Made by a program: the position numbers and the translations under genes. From contig CAZBZN010000011.1 of NCBI GenBank assembly GCA_964496415.1, positions 3,349 through 21,276 on the forward strand: DNA of 17,928 nucleotides, read 5' to 3'. The stretch is from Candidatus Micrarchaeota archaeon. GTDB taxonomy: Archaea; B1Sed10-29; JAJRYS01. The notes under the pieces are model-generated. The model was not told the origin of the DNA and made no database searches. It saw only the letters and a list, made by a program, of their open reading frames with translations. Positions 7,606 to 14,983 of the stretch are shown piece by piece (within the stretch, counting starts at the first letter, position 1; each line of letters opens with the position of its first letter).

Positions 7606-8351
7606 ACTAACACTGCCCCAGAACTCATAACTTTATTTTCACCAACGAACACTTCAGGCCTTATCAAAAAACTAAGGCTGCCATCATCAAACTCAAGAGT
7701 AACTATCCCCCTGCTTTTTCTCATGTTATTCTCCTCGGAAAAACCAACAAGAGGGTTGACGCCAATGCTGATTCTTTTAAGCTTTCTTTTTTTCTTCAAA
7801 TTAACTGTAACCCCATTCCTAAGAATGATTTCCTTCTTTGAAGAGAAACCAAAATCAGGGCAAACAATTCCCTTAGCTGACTTCACTGAAACGATAACCT
7901 CTCCAAAAGGCACGACTCCGTAAGACCTTTCAGATGGAAGCAATTCATCTTTCACAATCTTTCCAGGCTCTATGACAAGATTAGTTGCTTGGGACAATAT
8001 CTTAACCTTTCCAAGCTTAAGAGTTCTTGCAAGCTCTTTTGCCTGAGCATCAACCTGAGAAAAACCTGTTTCAACAAGCCTTTTAAACTCTCTTGGCTTG
8101 CAGTTCACAAAAAGCAACCTTGACTTAAGTCTTTCAAAAGCCTTTGAAAACTGCCTACTTCCAAAAACAACGCAAGCATCAAACTTTCTAATCAAATCCT
8201 TGACAAGGCTTGCTTTTTCAGAAGGAACAATCACTACCACTTCTCCTTTAAGGTTAACAACCTTCTCCCATTCACCAAAATCATTTTCAAAAACCAGCAA
8301 AAGCTTGCTCTTCTTAGGCAATTTTAACAAGTTCTTCAAGTCACCATTCAT
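7602..8351 (-). CDS. degenerate M29 (aminopeptidase T/leucyl aminopeptidase)-like protein, probably inactive
   Basis: ATNLVI, VPFGEV, ISIGVNP and KSRGIVTL echo M29 motifs GTDL, LPxGEV, ExGIGxN and KxxGTxHxA. ATG 8351 overlaps the ligase stop by 11 nt and is preferred over 8390. Confidence 0.55.
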   Translation of the reverse strand: MNGDLKNLLKLPKKSKLLLVFENDFGEWEKVVNLKGEVVVIVPSEKASLVKDLIRKFDACVVFGSRQFSKAFERLKSRLLFVNCKPREFKRLVETGFSQVDAQAKELARTLKLGKVKILSQATNLVIEPGKIVKDELLPSERSYGVVPFGEVIVSVKSAKGIVCPDFGFSSKKEIILRNGVTVNLKKKRKLKRISIGVNPLVGFSEENNMRKSRGIVTLEFDDGSLSFLIRPEVFVGENKVMSSGAVLV

Positions 8352-9489
8352 CAGCACACGCTCCTTCAAGAATAGCTTTAGTCTTATCATTAGTCTTAGG
8401 ATAATGCCTGCTTAGCTTAAACTTAACCCCTTTAGAAGTTTTCTTTTTTTCTTTAACAGTAACTATAACCCCAAGATTTTTAAGGTTCTCAACAAACTTA
8501 AACCCAAATTCTTCACTTGGAACAAGAAGTTCAAAGTCCTCAGTAACCTCTTCTCCTTCAGCTATCCTTTTGATTGTTTCAACCATTGGAATCAAAATAC
8601 TTTTACCAAGCTCTTTTGCTTCTTTTTCAAGTTCTTTGCCTTCAAGCCCTAATTCATAAGCTTGAAAAGCTTCTCTTAAAACACGGGAATACATGAAAGC
8701 CAAACCATAATCTTCAAAAAAAGTAAAAGCATACTTCAAATCATTATTAGTGCTTTGGTTTGCAGTGTATTTAAGCATTTTCATGCCATCAAAACTCTTA
8801 AGCACTACCCCCTCTCTGCCGTCTTCACCAAGCTTCCTGACAAGTTTTAAAACTTCCTCACCTGAACTAACCTCGCCGAAAAAATTAACATGCTTCAAGC
8901 CATACTTTTCAACAAGCCTTAGTTTTTCATCATAAGAAACAGGACTATTATCAACCATGTTTCTTATGTCAAAAACAAAGTAACCAAACTCTCTTGCTTC
9001 AGGGTAAGACTTCTCCTGATAAGGATTCTGAAGACCAACAACCTCCCCGCATAACATTAACTCAGGGTTTTCCTCAAAAAATGCTATACTACCATCACTT
9101 TCAAGCTGGTGTCTTATTCTTAAAGTAGTGTAAGGGCAATAAAGCCCTCTTCTTGTAAAACTATAAAGCTTCCCTTTAAGCATCACGGTTCTAACATTAT
9201 ACCCGTCCATCTTTTCTTCTGCAAAAACCTTTTCACCTGAAAGCCTTTTCTTAAATGCTGAAGAAATAACAAAAGCCCTTGGAATCTTAGGATAACCTCT
9301 CACAATAGTAAGAGGGTCAAGAACAATAACCGTTCCCTTCTCAACTTTCCTAAAAGCTTCCCTAAAACGATAATACTTAAATCCATCATAATTAACTTTA
9401 ACAATATCATTCTTTTCAAGCCTTTGCTCAAATTCTCTTTCAGTAAGTCCTAAAAACTCAAGAACCTTAGAAAAATCCTTAAACTTCAT
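8341..9489 (-). CDS. ATP-dependent RNA ligase, Rnl3/Pab1020 family
   Basis: RGYPKIPR, motif I EKMDGYNVR, III GEVVG..NPY, IIIa FVFD, IV REGVVLK, V LKY; 382 aa with C-terminal extension typical of this family. Confidence 0.92.
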   Translation of the reverse strand: MKFKDFSKVLEFLGLTEREFEQRLEKNDIVKVNYDGFKYYRFREAFRKVEKGTVIVLDPLTIVRGYPKIPRAFVISSAFKKRLSGEKVFAEEKMDGYNVRTVMLKGKLYSFTRRGLYCPYTTLRIRHQLESDGSIAFFEENPELMLCGEVVGLQNPYQEKSYPEAREFGYFVFDIRNMVDNSPVSYDEKLRLVEKYGLKHVNFFGEVSSGEEVLKLVRKLGEDGREGVVLKSFDGMKMLKYTANQSTNNDLKYAFTFFEDYGLAFMYSRVLREAFQAYELGLEGKELEKEAKELGKSILIPMVETIKRIAEGEEVTEDFELLVPSEEFGFKFVENLKNLGVIVTVKEKKKTSKGVKFKLSRHYPKTNDKTKAILEGACADEW

Positions 9490-9628
9490 AAACTGTTCCC
9501 CTCACGCACCTAACGCATAACCCTGTCTTTTTATCAAAGTGCTCGTCACATACTCTAGCACCACATCTCCAACAAGTATTTAAATGAGTTGAAGGCTTAT
9601 TACAAACATCACATAATCCTGCAACCAT
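9479..9628 (-). CDS. small Zn-finger protein, 49 aa (below the ORF-track cut-off)
   Basis: MVAGLCDVCNKPSTHLNTCWRCGARVCDEHFDKKTGLCVRCVRGTVYEV*: CxxC, CxxC, CxxH, CxxC. Stop overlaps the ligase start; TATA box 23 nt upstream of the ATG. Confidence 0.85.
   Translation of the reverse strand: MVAGLCDVCNKPSTHLNTCWRCGARVCDEHFDKKTGLCVRCVRGTVYEV
9579..9586 (+). promoter_or_regulatory. putative TATA box for the M50 protease gene, inside the Zn-finger CDS
   Basis: TTTAAATG; SD-like GAGGT at 9629-9633 lies 6 nt before ATG 9640. Confidence 0.4.
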
Positions 9629-9639
9629 GAGGTCCTATA

Positions 9640-10683
9640 ATGCAATCTTCTTATAAAATACTAACACTCAGCGGAATTAGTATTGAAATACACTGGTCAT
9701 TCTTAGCTTTCATGTTCTTCTTGTTGCTGTTTTCACCAGTACTAATGATACTCCTACTACTCGTGTTTAGCTTTGTCACTCTTCATGAACTCTGCCACTC
9801 AATAATAGCTATCAGGAATAAGATAAAAGTGAAAAAAATAATCCTCCTCCCAATAGGAGGAATGGCAGTAATGAACATAACAAGAATAAAACCAAGCAAA
9901 GAAATAAAAATGGCCATAGCAGGGCCTTTATTTAACTTTTTAATGGCAGGATTACTATTCATCTTAATAAAATCAATCGGCCTTGACTTTTCAAAAGCCT
10001 TTGACATTATAACAAGCATGAAACTATCTTTAGAGCTTGTCTTGTTTTACTCTTACTACGCAAATCTCTTACTCGGTGGGTTTAATCTTCTCCTTCCAGC
10101 TTTCCCACTTGACGGTGGAAGAATCCTAAGAGCAATAATAGCTTATAAAACAAGCTACTTAAAAGCAACTTTAATAGCAAGAAACATAAGCCTTGGAATA
10201 TCAATAACTCTTCTAATTCTCTCACTCTTATCACAGAACTACTGGATAAGCATTATCTCAATCTTCATAATGTTCGGCGCGATCTCTGAATACGAAAACC
10301 TCAAGCTCCAACTAAGCTTAAAAAGAGCAAAAGTAAAACAACTGATAAGAAAAGACTTCCTAAAAGTAAGACCAAAAGAAAAAATATTGGACAACATAGG
10401 CAAGCTGCTGGAAAAAGGAACCCTTACAGTAATAGTAACCTCAAAACCAGTTAAAATCGCAGACGTAAGAAAAATTGAAAAACTAACCCCTGACTTAACC
10501 TTTGACATGATTGGGGTAACAGCTCCAAGAATAACCCCTAATTCAAGCCTAATGACTGCTTTTGTGAAAATGCAGGAAAAAGAAGTAGCAATGCTCCCAG
10601 TATTCTCTGGAAAAAGAATAATAGGAGTAATAACCCTTCCTGACATTGAAAGATACAGGATAATAAAAAGCTTGCTGAAATGA
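9640..10683 (+). CDS. site-2 protease (M50) with C-terminal CBS domain(s)
   Basis: IHWSF, HELCH, LPIGG, AIAGP, NLLLPAFPLDGGR; CBS-like tail MQEKEVAMLPV...IIGVIT. Confidence 0.93.
   Translation: MQSSYKILTLSGISIEIHWSFLAFMFFLLLFSPVLMILLLLVFSFVTLHELCHSIIAIRNKIKVKKIILLPIGGMAVMNITRIKPSKEIKMAIAGPLFNFLMAGLLFILIKSIGLDFSKAFDIITSMKLSLELVLFYSYYANLLLGGFNLLLPAFPLDGGRILRAIIAYKTSYLKATLIARNISLGISITLLILSLLSQNYWISIISIFIMFGAISEYENLKLQLSLKRAKVKQLIRKDFLKVRPKEKILDNIGKLLEKGTLTVIVTSKPVKIADVRKIEKLTPDLTFDMIGVTAPRITPNSSLMTAFVKMQEKEVAMLPVFSGKRIIGVITLPDIERYRIIKSLLK
9651..9658 (-). promoter_or_regulatory. putative TATA box for the Zn-finger/RNA-ligase operon, inside the M50 CDS
   Basis: Minus-strand TTTTATAA ends 23 nt before ATG 9628, similar to the spacing at pyrG, HARP and 5S. 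Confidence 0.55.
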
Positions 10684-10717
10684 AAGGTTTTTTAACAATT
10701 CTTGTTTTTATCAACGC

Positions 10718-11569
10718 ATGGATGAAATAACAAAAACAATCAATGCAATCAAAACTCTTAAAATACAAGGAGCAACCAATGTTGCGTTAAAAGGAATAAG
10801 CCTTCTAACACTTGCTAAAACAAAAAAACAATACGAATCAATAAAGAAAAAACTAATAGCCGTAAGACCTACGGAACCAATGCTTAGAAATGGGATAAAA
10901 TATGTTGACTTCCTAAAAGCAACTGGTTTTGAAGTTAAAACAGCAGTAGAAAAATACAAACAGCTTATAAAAACAACTCAAGAAGAAGCAATAAAAAAAG
11001 CAGCTAAAAAAATTAAAAGATACGACGTTATAATGACTCACTGCCATTCAAGCACAGTGGTAAAAGCTATAATAAATGCAAATGAAGAGTCACCTGTAAA
11101 AGTAATTGTAAGCGAAACAAGACCTCTTTATCAGGGGAGAATAACTGCAAAAGAACTGGCAAAAGCAGGAGTCAAAACAACTTTGATAGTTGATTCTGCA
11201 ATGAGAAGTTTCATAAAAAAAGCAGACGCTTGTTTTATAGGTGCTGATGCAATAACTGCTGAAGGAAACGTAGTAAACAAAATAGGAAGCGCTGTGCTCT
11301 CACTCTGCGCTCTGAATGAAAGGAAACCATTCTTTTCAATAACAGAACTGCTAAAATTTGATCCAGAAACCTTAAAAAAACCAGAACCAATAGAGCAAAG
11401 AAACCCAGAAGAAGTTTTAAAAACAAAAATGAGAAATTTAAAAATAGAAAACCCAGCCTTTGAAGTAATCCCAAAAAACGAAATAACCAAAATAATAACA
11501 GAATTAGGAGAAATAACCCCCTCTGACGCTTACTTCGTAATAAGCAATACTTACAGGTGGATGTTTTAA
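10718..11569 (+). CDS. ribose-1,5-bisphosphate isomerase (eIF2B alpha/beta/delta-like family)
   Basis: IQGA, RPTEPML, MTHCHS (catalytic Cys), ETRPLYQG, GADAIT (catalytic Asp), NKIGS, NPAFE; same operon as AMP phosphorylase. Confidence 0.85.
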   Translation: MDEITKTINAIKTLKIQGATNVALKGISLLTLAKTKKQYESIKKKLIAVRPTEPMLRNGIKYVDFLKATGFEVKTAVEKYKQLIKTTQEEAIKKAAKKIKRYDVIMTHCHSSTVVKAIINANEESPVKVIVSETRPLYQGRITAKELAKAGVKTTLIVDSAMRSFIKKADACFIGADAITAEGNVVNKIGSAVLSLCALNERKPFFSITELLKFDPETLKKPEPIEQRNPEEVLKTKMRNLKIENPAFEVIPKNEITKIITELGEITPSDAYFVISNTYRWMF

Positions 11570-11586
11570 AAAAGAGAAGTGGGAAA

Positions 11587-11877
11587 ATGATAGACACTGA
11601 CATAATAGAAACAGAAAAAGGAGCAGCATTAGGAATAAAAATAAACCTGCCAAAAGCACCTTTACTATTAATAATCGCAGAAAAAGGCTTTATCTGCTGC
11701 GGGTACTTCAACAAAGACACTATTGAAAAACTAAACCAAGCAGCAGTAATAGTAAAGGGTGTAAGAACCTTCAAGCAAATGCTTTCCAAACAACCTGACT
11801 ATGTAAGCAAAAAAGCAAGGAAACTAGGAGCTAAAAAGAAAATGAAAACAAAACAAATCCTAAACTTGTTGGTGTAA
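11587..11877 (+). CDS. YunC/DUF1805 family protein
   Basis: LPKAPLLLIIAEKGFICCGYFN...AAVIVKGVRTF...VSKKARKLG pattern. ATG 11587 preferred over GTG 11557. Confidence 0.8.
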   Translation: MIDTDIIETEKGAALGIKINLPKAPLLLIIAEKGFICCGYFNKDTIEKLNQAAVIVKGVRTFKQMLSKQPDYVSKKARKLGAKKKMKTKQILNLLV

Positions 11878-11881
11878 GAAA

Positions 11882-13432
11882 ATGAAATACGAGTTCAAAG
11901 TTAAAAAAATAGACGTTACTGCTGGAGGAAAAAACGTAGTAGTGTTAAACAAAGAAGACGCTGAAGACATTGACGTAGGAATAATGGACAGGGTAAAAGT
12001 AAAAACAAACGGCAAAGAAGCAGTAGCAATAGTTGACCTTACAGAAAAGTATATTAAAAAAGGACAAATCGGATGCTTCTCTGACCTTGTCAAAAGGCTT
12101 GGGTTAAAAAATAATCAAAAAGTAAGAATAGAACCTATTGAAAAACCAGAAACAGTTGAATACATTAAGAAAAAATTAGACGGAATAGAACTCTCAAAAG
12201 AAGAAATAAACGCCATAATAAGAGACGTGATGAGAGAAACCTTATCAGACGTGGAATTAACTGCCTTGGTATCTGCAATGTACATAAGAGGGCTAACCGA
12301 CAAAGAAACCATAGGCTTGACAAAAGCAATAATAAACTCAGGAGCAACGCTTGAATTCAAAAAAAGACCAATCCTTGACAAACACTGCGTTGGAGGAGTT
12401 CCTGGAAACCGCACTACCATGATCATAGTACCAATAGTAGCTGCTGCAGGATTGACTATTCCAAAAACCTCTTCAAGGTCAATAACTTCAGCTGCTGGAA
12501 CAGCAGACACCATGGAAGTCTTAGCACCAGTATCCTTAAGCGTTGAAAAAATAAAAGAAGTAGTTGAAAAAACAAACGGATGCATGGTATGGGGAGGAGG
12601 AGTTAATCTCGCAGCAGCTGACGACAAGCTGATAAAAATAAGACACCCATTAAACCTTGACCCAAAGGGAGTGCTTCTTGCTTCAATACTCGCAAAGAAA
12701 AAAGCAGTAGGAGCAACACATGTTCTTATAGATATCCCAATTGGTTTAGGTGCAAAAGTAGCTTCTAAAAAAGAAGCACAGGCTTTAGCAGAAGACTTTA
12801 TGAAAATAGGAAGCGCGCTTGGAATGGAAGTAAATTGCATAATAACTCCTGGTTATGATCCAGTAGGACAAGCAGTAGGGCCTGCTTTAGAAGCAAGGGA
12901 AGTTTTAAAAATTTTAAAAGGAGAACAAGTGAGCCCTGACTTGGTTGAAAAGTCATTAGTCATGAGTGGGTTGCTTCTTGAAATGGGTGGAAAAGTAAAA
13001 AAAGGACAGGGAAGGCTTCTTGCTGAAAAAATTCTTAGAAAAGGAGAAGCTTTACAGAAAATGAGGGAAATAATCGAAGCCCAAGGAGGAAACCCTGACA
13101 TAGAACCTGAAGACATAAAAATAGGAAAGAAATCCCTTGACATTTACTCAAAAGAAACTGGCAGGATTTTCTTAGTGAACGTTAAAAAAATAAACTCAAT
13201 AGCAAGAGCAGCTGGAGCTCCAAAAGACAAGGGAGCAGGAGTATACCTCTATGTTGAAAAAGGAGACAAAGTAAAAAAAGGACAAAAACTATTTACAATC
13301 TACGCTGAATCAAGCAGAAAACTAAAAGCAGCCCAAGAACTAGTTGAAAAACTAAAACCAATAGAATTTGAAAAAATAATTCTTGGAGAATATTCCACTG
13401 AGCGAAAACCAATGGTTTATGAATTCCACTAA
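11882..13432 (+). CDS. deoA: AMP phosphorylase (archaeal NMP phosphorylase, thymidine-phosphorylase family)
   Basis: N-terminal extra domain, DKHCVGGVPGN, PKTSSRSITSAAGTADTMEVL, SILAKK, GPALEARE, AGAPKDKGAG; 516 aa. Confidence 0.95.
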   Translation: MKYEFKVKKIDVTAGGKNVVVLNKEDAEDIDVGIMDRVKVKTNGKEAVAIVDLTEKYIKKGQIGCFSDLVKRLGLKNNQKVRIEPIEKPETVEYIKKKLDGIELSKEEINAIIRDVMRETLSDVELTALVSAMYIRGLTDKETIGLTKAIINSGATLEFKKRPILDKHCVGGVPGNRTTMIIVPIVAAAGLTIPKTSSRSITSAAGTADTMEVLAPVSLSVEKIKEVVEKTNGCMVWGGGVNLAAADDKLIKIRHPLNLDPKGVLLASILAKKKAVGATHVLIDIPIGLGAKVASKKEAQALAEDFMKIGSALGMEVNCIITPGYDPVGQAVGPALEAREVLKILKGEQVSPDLVEKSLVMSGLLLEMGGKVKKGQGRLLAEKILRKGEALQKMREIIEAQGGNPDIEPEDIKIGKKSLDIYSKETGRIFLVNVKKINSIARAAGAPKDKGAGVYLYVEKGDKVKKGQKLFTIYAESSRKLKAAQELVEKLKPIEFEKIILGEYSTERKPMVYEFH

Positions 13433-13866
13433 GATGCTGCTTCTGCTACTGCTTTTCCTGCTTTTATCAAGTCAATCAATGACCCCTTGCATGAGTTTTC
13501 ATTAATCTCTGAAACAAAGTCACCAGTTACTGGAAGCCAGCATTCTGCTTCTTTGCCTTTTACCAGCACAGCAGCCATTTTCTCTTCAATAGAAGCATTA
13601 TCAGGCAAAGATATTTCAATTATCCTTAGATAAAATGAGCAGTTCTCTAAAGAGCCTCCTCTTACTTCAGCATAATAAGAAGCACCACCAACTCCTGGGA
13701 TTTCCTGAAATGCTTTAACCTTTGCCCTGCCGCATTTCAAAGCTTCTTCCTGAAAGCATGAAACATTAGAACCACAGTCCTTTAACCCAGGAGTTTCCTT
13801 AGGTTGTTGAATGCACCCAGCAAACAACACGACCAATCCTAAAAGTAAAACAAAAAACCATCTCAC
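13429..13866 (-). CDS. predicted lipoprotein/secreted Cys-rich protein
   Basis: Signal peptide with lipobox LFAGC plus six further Cys. GTG start directly follows the HARP stop. Confidence 0.7.
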   Translation of the reverse strand: MRWFFVLLLGLVVLFAGCIQQPKETPGLKDCGSNVSCFQEEALKCGRAKVKAFQEIPGVGGASYYAEVRGGSLENCSFYLRIIEISLPDNASIEEKMAAVLVKGKEAECWLPVTGDFVSEINENSCKGSLIDLIKAGKAVAEAAS

Positions 13867-14466
13867 TTAACTCACCTTTTTAATATACTCCTTTAAAAGT
13901 CTAGGAAAAGCCTCTGAATCAATAAAACGAATACCCCATTCCTTAGCCCATTTCTTAATCCCTTCGTCAGAAGCCACTATCCCTGCGTTAAGTTCTTTTG
14001 CTAAAAGCAACACGTCAAGGTCTTCTTTTGAATCAACCATTCCCTGCCTCATCTTCTCACGGTAATTGTTCCTAAGCTCTTTTATGACTTTAGCATGAGA
14101 CTCTGGTTTATGTTTTGTCTTAATCACTGCTTTTTCAGCTTCCCGCAAGCCCTTATTAATCCTGTTTCTTACTTCCCCTATATACTCATACATAAAAGCA
14201 GCTGGAATCATTAACTCTGCTTTGGAAGGAGTTTTTTGAACAAGCCACGCGTCAAGAGAATTAATACTCCTCTTGCTTATTCCTTTGTTTTCAAGCAAAT
14301 GCTTTATTTCTTCCCACACGCTTGGAGGAGTATAACAAGTGATTCCAGCATCCTTTGCTTTTGAAATAAGCTTTATCATTTCAAGAATATGCTTGTTAAT
14401 CTCCTTTTTACTCTTATTAAGACCAGTAAAAGCTGAAGTATCTAATACAAACCTTTGTTTTCTCAT
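13867..14466 (-). CDS. HARP, protein-only RNase P (Aq_880/MJ0950-like PIN domain, the 'RNA ligase partner')
   Basis: RFVLDTSAF, CYTPPSV, RINKGLREAE, YREKMRQGMVDSKEDLDVLLLAKEL, SDEGI. ATG 14466 preferred (TTTTATAC ~24 nt upstream). Confidence 0.92.
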   Translation of the reverse strand: MRKQRFVLDTSAFTGLNKSKKEINKHILEMIKLISKAKDAGITCYTPPSVWEEIKHLLENKGISKRSINSLDAWLVQKTPSKAELMIPAAFMYEYIGEVRNRINKGLREAEKAVIKTKHKPESHAKVIKELRNNYREKMRQGMVDSKEDLDVLLLAKELNAGIVASDEGIKKWAKEWGIRFIDSEAFPRLLKEYIKKVS

Positions 14467-14519
14467 CAGACTCAAATAATTCAAAAAGAGTATAAAAAAC
14501 TTCCTAAAATCAAAGCAAG

Positions 14520-14640
14520 TGCCCAGGCAGCGTCTCGGCTTTCCCGCACGTAAGTGCAGTACACACCGAATCGCTGGACGGCTTAACTTCCGGGTTCGGG
14601 ATGAGACCGGGTGTTTCCCGTCCGCTGTGACCGCCGGGCA
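14520..14640 (-). rRNA. rrf: 5S rRNA, stand-alone
   Basis: Minus strand TGCCCGGCGGTCACAGCG...ACACCCGGTCTCATCCCGAACCCGGAAGTTAAGC...GGGAAA...CGCTGCCTGGGCA; 121 nt, ends pair, conserved CCGAAC loop. Confidence 0.97.
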
Positions 14641-14661
14641 TTAAGTTTTCTGACAAAACTT

Positions 14662-14669
14662 GTTTAAAA
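14662..14669 (-). promoter_or_regulatory. putative TATA box of the 5S rRNA gene
   Basis: Minus-strand TTTTAAAC ends ~22 nt before the 5S 5' end at 14640. Confidence 0.55.
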
Positions 14670-14672
14670 GCT

Positions 14673-14972
14673 TTACTGAACACTGAATCCTTCATAACCA
14701 GTCTGAATCCTTATTGCTTTCCCATTAACTAAAGCATCAGCTATTTTTCTCCGAGCAGAAGAAAGGATCCTGTTAAAAGTAGGTTGTGATACTTTCATTT
14801 TCTCAGCTGCTTTTTCTTGGGTTAAGCCTTCAAAATCACTTAGTCTTATTGCTTCAAACTCATCAAGTTCAAGAATAACCTCCTCCAACTCAATCATTCT
14901 TCTTCCAGCAGGCTTGAAATAAAAAACTCCAGGAAAAAACAATATCCTTCTAAACCTTCTTCTCCGAGGCAA
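14673..14972 (-). CDS. DUF134 (UPF0251) HTH DNA-binding protein
   Basis: MPRRRRFR, FKPAG, DEFEAIRLSD.EGLTQEKAAEKMKVSQPTF.RIL.SARRKIADALVNGKAI; TTG start with SD GAGGTGA upstream. Confidence 0.92.
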   Translation of the reverse strand: MPRRRRFRRILFFPGVFYFKPAGRRMIELEEVILELDEFEAIRLSDFEGLTQEKAAEKMKVSQPTFNRILSSARRKIADALVNGKAIRIQTGYEGFSVQ

Positions 14973-14983
14973 CCCCTTTCACC

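Noticed and set aside
14510..14695. 61-aa minus-strand ORF
   Set aside because: Spurious translation across the 5S rRNA gene.
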